Of a DNA stretch of 64,000 nucleotides, positions 38,009 through 48,100 are shown one piece after another. Numbering within the stretch: position 1 is the stretch's first letter; each line of letters starts with the position of its first letter. Source of the stretch: Lama guanicoe (lineage: Eukaryota). A program made the translations under genes and the position numbers. A model generated the notes under the pieces. The model searched no databases and was not told the DNA's origin. It saw only the letters and a program-made list of their open reading frames with translations. The stretch spans positions 523,360-587,359 of the forward strand of contig MU056063.1 of assembly GCA_013239625.1 (NCBI GenBank). Direction: 5' to 3'.

Positions 38009-39126
38009 CTACTGACCCCATCAGTAGTGGAAGGCAGCTCAGACAGGGCTGACAGAGAACTGGAAGTCAGGCTGTACCTAGTTCACGTTCTTTTTATAAG
38101 AGGAATGTCCGCAAATTTCAGTCCCTGCATTCAAGCACAGTGTCACAGCTCAATGCAGGCAACTAAAGGCGACTGTAACTCCCACCGCTACAAAACAAAG
38201 AGATGGGCCTTCTGGTTCTAAATTCCATGACCCGTTAGGAATGTTTTCTGCCTTTCATACCAATGCCCAGTCTGTTTACATGTTCACTGAGGCATCACAG
38301 TCAAGCTACAGACTGGGACATAAAACATTAGCTAGACTTGTCTCATCGTCTCCCAGACGGAGGGGAAAAACGAGGTCACGAAGTCCTGAAGCCTCGTTCC
38401 CACTGAGCCGGGCCCGGTAGACGGCTCGGAGGCCGCCCAGCGCGCTGCATGACGCAGCACTCTTCCCCGCGCCACTGCAGCCTGGGCGGCCATCCGCTGC
38501 AAAGAGCAAGCTTAAATCACTACCAAGCATTTGCGGATGAAAACGACAGGAAAAGGGCATTTCAAGAGAGCCCAAGTACTCAGAAGGGAGTCCAAGATTA
38601 AATAAGACTGATACTAACCAAAATCCATGCAGGATTTGATTTCACTGTAATACTACGTGTAGTACTGGTCTAAGTGATTCCTTCACGACATCTGCAAATG
38701 TCTACCTCTAGAACATCTGCTCCAGGTCTGAGAATTAACCAAGTCTCAAGTCAGATATACACATTAACATAGCTCTGAACACCTGAACCTAAAGTTATAC
38801 ACAGTAGTAGCTTTAATAAGTGTTTCCTGTGAAAATATTTTGTACCTACCTTTTAGTTTTCATTAAAGGTATATCCTCAATCCTTCCCAAGTGATCAAGG
38901 CACAATAAAAAAGAGACTAAGTGCCTAGCCTGTCTGGCAGCCCACATCAAATGTCTTATGACTAGGTCTCAGATCATTTTAAGTCAGTAAAAACATATTT
39001 TGGACAATAAAACTACGTCCTTAAATTTCCATTTAAATTTTCTGGCTTTACCAATCTATCCAAGTAGCAATTTTTATAGGCGGCCAAACAAAAATCAAGC
39101 ACAACATTACTAAGTTAAAATTTTCT

Positions 39127-39314
39127 NNNNNNNNNNNNNNNNNNNNNNNNNNNNNNNNNNNNNNNNNNNNNNNNNNNNNNNNNNNNNNNNNNNNNNNNNN
39201 NNNNNNNNNNNNNNNNNNNNNNNNNNNNNNNNNNNNNNNNNNNNNNNNNNNNNNNNNNNNNNNNNNNNNNNNNNNNNNNNNNNNNNNNNNNNNNNNNNNN
39301 NNNNNNNNNNNNNN
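39127..39314 (-). other. SLC20A1: Assembly gap probably containing SLC20A1 exon 6
   Basis: The expected LGFDKLPLWG...MKRKIER exon is not visible between exons 5 and 7. This 188-N gap lies about 1.5 kb upstream of exon 7. Inference only; gap 41479-41786 is the alternative location. Confidence 0.6.
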
Positions 39315-41786
39315 GCAAACATGTGTAAACCCTCCTGTGGGGACTCGGGTTCCCCAAGCCAGCCCATCACCCTTTCCAGCTGCTGCCAGCCTTAGGTCCA
39401 CAGGATTTACGGTGCGAGCAGCTATAGCAGATCTGGGAGGAAAATCTCATGGCATCTGAAACCCCCACCAGTCTGGCCCACTGTAAACAGCTGCTAGACT
39501 GAAGTCTCCCCAGCTCCTTCACAGACTAGCCTTTTCCTTTTCTTTGCTTTAGAAGACAGCAAGGGTTACCACACTGAGGATCTGCAACTAGCTTTGAAAA
39601 AAAAAAATGGAAGTGTTCCATTCCCAGCCTCCAGATGGGAGCTGCCACACATTGTGTTTGCAGAGACTTCAGTCAAAAAAGGAAAGTGCCCCTGTCCTCA
39701 CATTTCTCAGACTGATACAATTAATTCCCTGTGGAAGTTATCACAGCCATTGTACTAGTAAAATCCTTTACAGTGAAGATTATCTCTTAGGATGCATTCT
39801 CAAAGTAAGATACAAAAAACTGGGACGTTATCAAAAGATAAGAACAGTTCAAAGGTCTGTCCTGCACGAAAGGACAACGTGTAGTGGCAACTGCACTAAC
39901 CAGCCACATCTTAGAGCCGTGCCTACTTCTCCCATGGCTCAGGGATCATGAAGTTAGTCATCCGGTTATCACTTAAATGCCAACAGGCTCCAAGCCACTA
40001 GACTATATTAACCATGGAGGCAAAGCACCAGAGAATCCTACTTAAGCCTGGGAGAGGTTATAATGATCCGTGGTTTACCCAAGAGCAGCTTGCTTACTTG
40101 TGCCCGTTTGCTTTATTTTGCTTATTAGGAACTGCTTATAAAATGGAAATTCAACTGCTCCTCAAAATGATTAATATTTAAAAATCAGATGTAAATTGAG
40201 GTCCCTTCAAAGCTAAAGTTCTATAGTGACTAAATCTTTCCATTTCAATTCCTGTTCTCCATCCTAATGCCGTTAAGTCACACAAACTAAAATATACATG
40301 AAATTTAATCAATCCCTATCACAATTTAAATTTGTCTACGTTCCAAGTCAAAAAGGGGAAATGCAACTGGCTTTTCTTGTAAATGATCCACCAAAGGACA
40401 GGACAAAAATATCTGTGTTCTCTTTTCAAAAATGACTGAAAATCATTCTAATGTCACTGAACTAGGAGCTTCGCTGCTGCCACATGAAACATCAGTGCTT
40501 ACAGCCTCATGGAGAACTTTTTTAGGCATGAAGAACCCAATTTAAAACAGAATGGAAATGTGGCAGGCGAGCTTTGTTTTGCCTGTACCATTTGTTAAGG
40601 AGCCTGGTATCTCCTAAATAAGATCAATATTCTCATAGAGTTGTCTAATTTCTTTCCTGATTATTCCAAGAATAAAGACAAGGTTAAAAATACTTAGCTA
40701 ACTCCATTTTTGGTCAGTGGCTTATTACTTCACTGAGGTTTACGAAGCAAGTTACCATCCATTAATTAGAAATGAAATCAATTTAGTGGGCCACAATGAG
40801 CATTTTAAAAAGCTAAAAAGAATCTTCGGAAGTATGAGTGCACAGCACAAAGTAAGGTTAAGTAGCTTCAAGACACTCTTCCAGTTATCTTTCTTCCTCT
40901 CCCCCTCCCTCTCTATACGCATGTGTGTCCTGGGCAGCAACGTACAATGTATTTCTTCCAGCGCATCAAAACCGTCGAAAGATTGAAAGCCACTGACTTG
41001 AGAGGTCAAAGGCCACCAAGCCAAATGAATCTAGACAAAAACTAACTGATCAAGGCATGTACTGACCTGTCTGACAAGTTACAGGTAATCAATCTTTTTC
41101 GGTTGCTAAATTAAACACGTACTGTCATAACTGAATCCGGGCTTTGCCTTCCTCCCAACATAAAAGTAATCAACATCTCAATCTTTATATTGTCACAAAT
41201 TATTTTTCCTCTTAGCTGCATGAATTCTTCTTCCAAGTGTACTTAGAGCAGGTGTTAAACATCCCAGCTCTTCTCATTCAAGCAGATTCAGGGGATTAAA
41301 TTTTAGTACTTAGAAACAAAAGTGGCTCCATTCGGGAGAGAAAAATCAGAGCATCCAGCAAACTAGTACTAAATGACCAATTACTGACAACCAAGTTTGA
41401 CTAATGACTCTTCAGTAGCCAGTCGTCCAGGTAAATACCAATTTCAGTATTTTTGGCATAGACAGGAGAGAGGGAGGGNNNNNNNNNNNNNNNNNNNNNN
41501 NNNNNNNNNNNNNNNNNNNNNNNNNNNNNNNNNNNNNNNNNNNNNNNNNNNNNNNNNNNNNNNNNNNNNNNNNNNNNNNNNNNNNNNNNNNNNNNNNNNN
41601 NNNNNNNNNNNNNNNNNNNNNNNNNNNNNNNNNNNNNNNNNNNNNNNNNNNNNNNNNNNNNNNNNNNNNNNNNNNNNNNNNNNNNNNNNNNNNNNNNNNN
41701 NNNNNNNNNNNNNNNNNNNNNNNNNNNNNNNNNNNNNNNNNNNNNNNNNNNNNNNNNNNNNNNNNNNNNNNNNNNNNNNNNNNNNN

Positions 41787-41835
41787 AGGCATAGAACACT
41801 GGCAAAGCTCTCAAACCATTAGGAACTGGATCTGC
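41787..41835 (-). CDS. SLC20A1: SLC20A1 exon 5, partial (ADPVPNGLRALPVFYA...), runs into N gap
   Basis: ttttacag|GCAGAT acceptor and matching peptide; the 3' part is lost in gap 41479-41786. Confidence 0.93.
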
Positions 41836-42399
41836 CTGTAAAATATCATTAAGATCAATATTTTAAAAGCTGTAAAAAAGTTAACCCATTTTCAAAGAAT
41901 CTTTTATAAAAGGGCAGCTTCCAGGACTATAGTGCCAAGAACTAGGAGTTTCCAAGGCGAAATAGCGTCTTTCTACATTTGCTCCTGGACGTCGTCCCAC
42001 CAAGGTCGATCTCATCTTTTACATCTATCTAAATGTAAGTTTATGTTTGGTTTTACCTTCTGCGGTTTGCTGGGGTTTTTTTGCTGCTGTTATTTTTAAC
42101 AAGGCTGCCTATTCTAGTGACTGGTGATGTTTGAACTTCCAGTGCTAAGGTACCTAGTGTCCAGATGTAAATCTAAGTACACACCTGAAGATGTACTACA
42201 TACATCTGTAAGAGATGTCAAGAAACAGACTAGGAGATATTACAACCTTTCTGACTTTATACTTGCATCTCTTAAAAATAAAACGGGCTGCAGAATACAC
42301 CTGCAACGACCGTCTTATCTAGACATTTGATAAATAAGCCACAACTAATGATTGACCAAAGTGCTAAGATCAAAATCAATTGTACACTTGGCCACTCCC

Positions 42400-42810
42400 T
42401 CATTCACCAGACTGTGCCAAGCACTATTTCCGGCACTAAAATATGGGAATGACAGACTAAGTTCCTGCTCTCACAGAGCTGACATCACATTCCAGTACAG
42501 AATAGTGCCATGAAAAAAAAAGGATAAGGAGGCAGTGATGGAAGGAGGAGCACGCTTTCATTGGGGTGGAGGGGGTCAAAGACTATCAGTGGAGCAAAGA
42601 CACAAATAATGTGTTATGTCAACAAGCCATGAGCCATGTACACACCCAGGGGCAGAGAAGAGCACGCCACAGAGCAGGCTATCTGGAGGGCAGGATATCC
42701 CAGAGACTTCAGCAAGTGCAAAGCCCCTGGGGCAAACACTTGAATTGTCTGAGGAACAGCAAGAAAGCCAGTGTGACTGGAGACAAGAGTTAGAGAGTGA
42801 GACACAGGTC
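42400..42810. mobile_element. L2 fragment (intron 4)
   Basis: TGTGCCAAGCACT...CCTGCTCTCACAGAGCT...CAAGTGCAAAGCCCCTGGGG...GAGGAACAGCAAGAAAGCCAGTGTG. Confidence 0.6.
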
Positions 42811-45579
42811 TGAATATACAGGAAGGCTAAACTTTAAAGGTGTTGTTAGCCTAAAGGTTTAATACAATCCTGGATCACAATCCGAGGGAAAATCTTGGGG
42901 AGGAAGAGACAGAGGGAAAGAATCATCAATATATCGGCAACAGTGCGTTAATGGCTCAAGATCAATGAAACGGAAAACAGAGGTTCCATTCCAAATCAGT
43001 CGAAATGGGCCCTCAGTGAAAACCACACTGAATTTTAGTGCTCTGTCCAGTTTAGTAGAATGCTACAGATAGAGAATTACCCAAAATAAAAATAGCCAGT
43101 AAAACCCAAGCATCCCAGAATAATGTAATGATGTGGGTCATACCCCAAGGGTAGTCAGTAAGGACAGGAAACTGAGGGGTGTGTCCTTTTCTAAGAACTA
43201 TCATGGCTTTAAGAAATTCTCCAAGGAACCTAAGACGCCCCCTCACCCCCAAAATCAAAACCCATTAGAGTTCTAGACATTACGTGGGGACTTCTCTTTC
43301 CTCCAAACTCCTGTCACTCCCAAGAGGTACCAGGGCTAACATTTTTATGAAATGTTTACCACAATTTGACCTATCTAGCACACACTTAGAACTACCTGAA
43401 GGTAAATGTCTCATTATCCAGGCATGTGGGATGGGAAAAGGGTCTTCATAAATCTCCCATTTTCAACTAGAATAGCTCATTTTTTATACATTGGACATTC
43501 CATAAACTTTTGTCTGAAGAAAAAGATTCCTCTGACTTGAAAAGATGCCCTAAATATATTTAATAATGTGATTCTTAACAGAAGGGAGAATGCTGAAGAT
43601 CCATTTTCTTTGACTAGAACTTAAACCCTCAACAGGCAATTTCCTTCCCCAGTCCTTGTTTATTCCATTCCTTAAGGGAAGTACCTCACCTCCACTGTTT
43701 TTTCCTACTAGACTACCCAGTACTGTTGGTATGTCCAGAAAATTGAACATATAAAAAAACAATTTTAACATTAATTTCCAAAATAGAATCTTTAATTGGG
43801 AAGTATCTTAATGGTCAAATATTCAGATTTTAATAGCCAGGACCCCAAAAGTTACCCGTCTGAAGATGTTTTCTTGAGATTTAAAACCTAACAGTAGCCA
43901 GAAATAGTCACACTCATTACCTAAAAATTCATGTTATTGATAGATTGGACAAAAGAGTATGTCGGTGGGGTGGAGATCCTCAAAGTCAGTACTGAATAGT
44001 TTTAAATACTATTCCAATCATTTTTGGTCATACCCATCCTCACACCCAAGTATAAGAAGTTAATATATTTAACTTAAGCTCTCAGTAATTGGGGGTTAAG
44101 TACGTGGCATGCATTCCCCAAAGGAGAGGTTCTGGGCACCTGAAACTCCCTCTCTGCACCCCAGAGCGCCACCATTCCCCCTCAGGAAATGAAGTTTGTT
44201 TTGGCTTAAGACACACAAAGCCTCTCCAGAATCAGAAGCACCTGTTTCCCAATAATCAACAAAGACGCAGTGTAAACCTTTAGGAGCAGGAACCCGTAAC
44301 AGGGGATCCTATTAATTCTCCCGGTTCTCTGGGAAGGAGCAAGTCTTTCGGCTCTAAAGATACTGAAAATTCTGATCCGTGAGTAGTCAGCCTCGAATTA
44401 AAGCATCATATTATCACAGTCTACGGTTGGGGGGAGGGGAGGTGCTAATCACACTGGATCAATGCTAAATCATTGCTAAAGGAGACAATGTCAGACTTTG
44501 AGTCCATTAATATCAACAAACTGTTTACTCTCAAATTGTACCAGGCTATAGAGGTTTTTAAGTTTCCAAAATGTTGCATTGCTATCTTTTGCCAGACTCA
44601 GGCCACGGTAAAAGATGACTGGGGAGTCACTTCACCAACCACAGAATTTCTATAGAAAAGAGGTACCAATTCTTCCTTAGAGAAGCTTAGAATGAGACCA
44701 AACAAGTGGGTCTGAACACATTCTTACCCCTTGGGATTAAGTCACCTATCTGCCTTCACTCAGATTCCTACAGTTAGGAGCATTTTTAACTACTCACAAT
44801 GGGCAGTTAAGAGTCATTCACCTCAGGAAAAGGACAACTTTGTTTCCTGAGAAAAATACATTTATTCTTGCTGTAACTCAGTCCAATGACAACATCCCTT
44901 GTTGTCTACATTTATTTTGGAGCCGGCACCAGACTTCTTGATAAAAGAAATGCTATCGGGTCCCTCAAAAGGGATTTTCAAATAGAAAGGAAATAAAAGG
45001 CTTTCTGGAGATTGTTTTTTCTTCCCAAGAAAAAAAGCAAAACAAAAATTACCCTTACTGGTTCCTTTTTACCTAGACTGAGACATTAGAGTCAAGTCAC
45101 TGTGAGAGGTAGAGTTCCCACCTAGAAGCTTATCAACTGGTTGGGACAGGTTGTGTCAACCAACACTACAGAAATAATAACTATGTAGAGACCCAAATGA
45201 CTCCATTTTAACCAGCAGCTAAGAAAAAGCCACCCGGAGATTGTGACTTGTTGAATCCCACTTACAAATCAAACTGGCCTGCAAATGACAGTGTTGTTAA
45301 AGCAGTACTCTGCCGACAGCTAGAAAAAGCCACTTCAAATACACCTCAATTTCTCACTTCCAGACTCTTCCGTTTCCGAGCACATCACAGTATTCATTCC
45401 ATTTTTCCTTCCTAAATGTCTTTTTGGGTATTGAAAACGTGCTTCTTTCAGTGAACTCCACAACATACAAGGTGCAGAACATAAAGAATTTTTCTAACTT
45501 TCCAAGGCCATACATCTACATACCAATCACATTTTTAAGAATGCTATTACAGGTCACACCAGGGGGAGAAAAGGATTAC

Positions 45580-45665
45580 CTTGCGGAGGATGAATGCACG
45601 AACAAGGAAGAATAAAATTCCAGACATAATACCAGAAAGCAGCGGAGAGATGAACCAGGACATCA
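45580..45665 (-). CDS. SLC20A1: SLC20A1 exon 4 ([29 protein letters not shown])
   Basis: ttccag|TGATG acceptor, AAG|GTAATC donor, 86 nt. Confidence 0.96.
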
Positions 45666-45834
45666 CTGGAATAGAACACAGGAAGGAAAAAGGTCAGCTC
45701 GTGAAAGTCAGGAATCAAAACACATTTTAAATTTTAGCTCTCCCTTTTCAAACCTTTAGTCCGTCCCTCCAACCTTACACCATATACTCCCACACACAAC
45801 ACAATGGTAACACAAGAAAGATAAAAAACCATTT

Positions 45835-45884
45835 AGAATTAAACATACCGGTTAGGGCAAAAAAAATAAAGAATTAAACATACC
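45835..45884 (+). repeat. 15-bp direct repeat AGAATTAAACATACC flanking a 20-bp A-tailed insert at the exon 3 donor
   Basis: Identical copies at 45835-45849 and 45870-45884. Confidence 0.9.
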
Positions 45885-46024
45885 AATTTTGATCAGTTCA
45901 GACCACTTGACACCCTCCTGCCCCTTTGCCACCAGGGAGAAGCCAATGGTTGCACCAACAATACAATGGGTTCCAGAAATGGGCAGCTTCAAAAACGAAG
46001 CCACCAGTTGCCACACAGCAGAAC
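45884..46024 (-). CDS. SLC20A1: SLC20A1 exon 3 ([47 protein letters not shown])
   Basis: tttcag|GTTCT acceptor, ATTG|GTATGT donor, 141 nt, contains LPISGTH motif. Confidence 0.97.
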
Positions 46025-46181
46025 CTGAAAGACGTCAAGTTTCATTAAGCAAACGGCAAGATTCCATTATGTACGCAGTGCATCCTGAAGGAAATAACCT
46101 GAAAGGCGGTGCACAAGAATGAACTACCCACGAGAGGGATTTGCTCACCCACCGTTATGGGGCCAATACATAAGAACTCAC

Positions 46182-46509
46182 CAAACATCGCACTGACGGA
46201 GCCGGCCATCAGCCGGTCCTGGGTCGTGTTGTACATCTCCACGTCAATTAAGCCCTTCCGGATCGTCTCGCTCACTTTGGCCCCCAGGAGGACCGAGCCC
46301 ACTGTCTCAAAGATACTAGCTAGAATGCAGGCTTGCTTCAGGGTCACTACACCTGACCCCACGGCTGTACCAAACGAATTTGCTACATCATTGGCTCCCA
46401 CGGAGAATGCCAAGACAAATGCAATAATGAAGCCCAGGATAAGCATCCATAGGTAGTCTACCAATGGACCAGAAGTACTGGTAATCAGCGTTGCCACGGT
46501 AGATGCCAT
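46182..46509 (-). CDS. SLC20A1: SLC20A1 exon 2 coding part ([23 protein letters not shown]...[11 protein letters not shown]...AMFG)
   Basis: ATG at 46509 in AGAATGG context; PHO4-family N-terminal motif; donor G|GTGAGT; 328 nt, phase 1. Confidence 0.97.
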
Positions 46510-46777
46510 TCTCTAGAGTAGTGGTTTTTTCAATTAATAGAATTACTGAGCGGTTTTCGAGATGTGTAANNNNNNNNNNNNNNNNNNNNNNNNNNNNNNN
46601 NNNNNNNNNNNNNNNNNNNNNNNNNNNNNNNNNNNNNNNNNNNNNNNNNNNNNNNNNNNNNNNNNNNNNNNNNNNNNNNNNNNNNNNNNNNNNNNNNNNN
46701 NGGTGTCTTTGGCTCTGGAGGGCTAAAAGCACGGAGCAGAATTCCATGGCGGAGAAGAGAAAGGACGCAAGTTCATC
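46510..46777 (-). other. SLC20A1: SLC20A1 exon 2, 5' UTR portion (contains gap 46570-46701 and uORFs)
   Basis: Acceptor ttctccccccttcctag|GATGAAC with AG at 46779-46778. Confidence 0.8.
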
Positions 46778-46799
46778 CTAGGAAGGGGGGAGAAAATGA

Positions 46800-48100
46800 C
46801 AATAGCGGTGCGCCCTTGGGGAGGGGGGCCCGTCCGGCACCCCGCGGGGCAACCCCCGGACTGGGGGCCCCCGGCCCTGCCCTCCACCCGCGATCCGCTA
46901 TCTCCCGCCCCGCGCAGGACGCGCCGGGAGGTGGGCACGTGGCGCCGGGGACCTCCTGGGCCCGCGCGCGCCCAGTCCGGCCCCCGCCCCGCCGCGCGCG
47001 CCCTCCCCGCGAAAACCGGAAAAGGGCCGTTCACACGCGCGCCGCCCGGGGACCGCCAAAAAGGCCCGCGGGCGGGAGACCGGGCGGGAGGGCGGGGTGG
47101 AATGGGGTAGGGGGCGGGGGCGGGGAGAGAGACGGGCGGCGACGAAAGCAGAATCCCGCGGCTACCGGCACACCCGGCCACCCCCCGCGCCGCTGCGTCC
47201 GCGCCGGGCCCCGGGGAAAAGAAAGAGCCTGTCCAAGGTGGCGCCGCCACTCACCAGAGGAAACGAGGGGCCGAGCGGGAGACGGGCAGTCCGGACTGCG
47301 GCGGCGCACTGGGTCCACGGACGCACGCACCTGCGGTCGGCGAGCACACGGCCCGGGGCGGAGGCTCTGGGGATGGCTCGGCGAGGCTGAAGACCCACCC
47401 GGGAGAAGCCGCGGGCGCCTCAGCAGCCGAGAAGGGCGAGCACGCAGCGCGCGCCGGCAGCCATCACTCTAGCGGCGCACGCCGCCAGCCGCTACTTATA
47501 GCCGGCGCCGCGCCCCGCGTGACCCGCCGCGCCTCGCGCCGGCCCGGGAGCCCCGCCCCCGGGTGACGCAGCCCCCGGCAGCCGGGCGCGCCCGGCCGGA
47601 CGAGCCCGACCGCAGCTCTCATTGGCCCGACCCGCGCCGGCGGCCACGCTCCCAGGGGAGAGCTGGTCCACGTTAGGAGGGCCAGCCGCGTCCCTGCGGC
47701 CATGCCCTGACGTCTCGGCTAGTCTGGGGCGCGGGGGACCGAAACCCTGCCGCCAGAGGTCGTCAGGCCCGGTTACAGAAACCACGACCATGGTCATAGT
47801 TCCTCGCGAGCCCCGTTTTACAGAACTGGCCAGGCTTCTAGCCGCACTTTCAGCGCACTTGTGACCTGCAGCATCCGAAGCCACACCTGGCCAAGTTCCC
47901 CTCCTCCCGTCCTCCTGGTGACGCTGCGGGGGAGCTCGCGCCCTGGGGCTCGGATCCAGTCCTGGCACGTTGCTGCACCTGTGACTTGCCCTTGGCCAGA
48001 CAGTCACTGTCCCTCGCGGGGAGGAGGAGGGAGGGAGAGGGCTCACGTGGTCACTTTGCTCCCGCAGTCATGCAGTTCGGTGAAAACTGTAAGACCGAGG
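46800..48100. promoter_or_regulatory. CpG island and SLC20A1 promoter: TATAAG (47495-47500, -), GC box (47551-47560), CRE half-site TGACG (47564-47568), CCAAT (47621-47625, -), E-box CACGTG (48044-48049)
   Basis: Very high GC and CpG density, with motifs in the canonical order upstream of exon 1. Confidence 0.88.
47255..47470 (-). other. SLC20A1: SLC20A1 non-coding exon 1 (5' end approximate)
   Basis: Starts about 25-30 nt downstream of the TATAAG box (47495-47500) and ends at donor CTG|GTGAGT (GT at 47254-47253). Confidence 0.7.

Larger units (their letters stand above)
33350..47470 (-). other. SLC20A1: SLC20A1 (PiT-1) gene span, 11 exons (approximate TSS to approximate polyA site)
   Basis: Translated exons match PiT-1, including the [11 protein letters not shown] and GGNDVSNAIGP PiT signature motifs. 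Visible exon sizes (141, 86, 270, 559, 186, 85 nt) equal the human sizes I recall. Confidence 0.97.

Noticed and set aside
41067-41105. 39-nt candidate cassette exon in intron 5 (tttaatttag...ACAG|GTCAGT)
   Set aside because: Weak polypyrimidine tract and no independent support; likely chance.
41401-41822. Long ORFs containing X runs (also 39048-39401, 46388-46747, 24243-24494)
   Set aside because: Artefacts of translating through N gaps.
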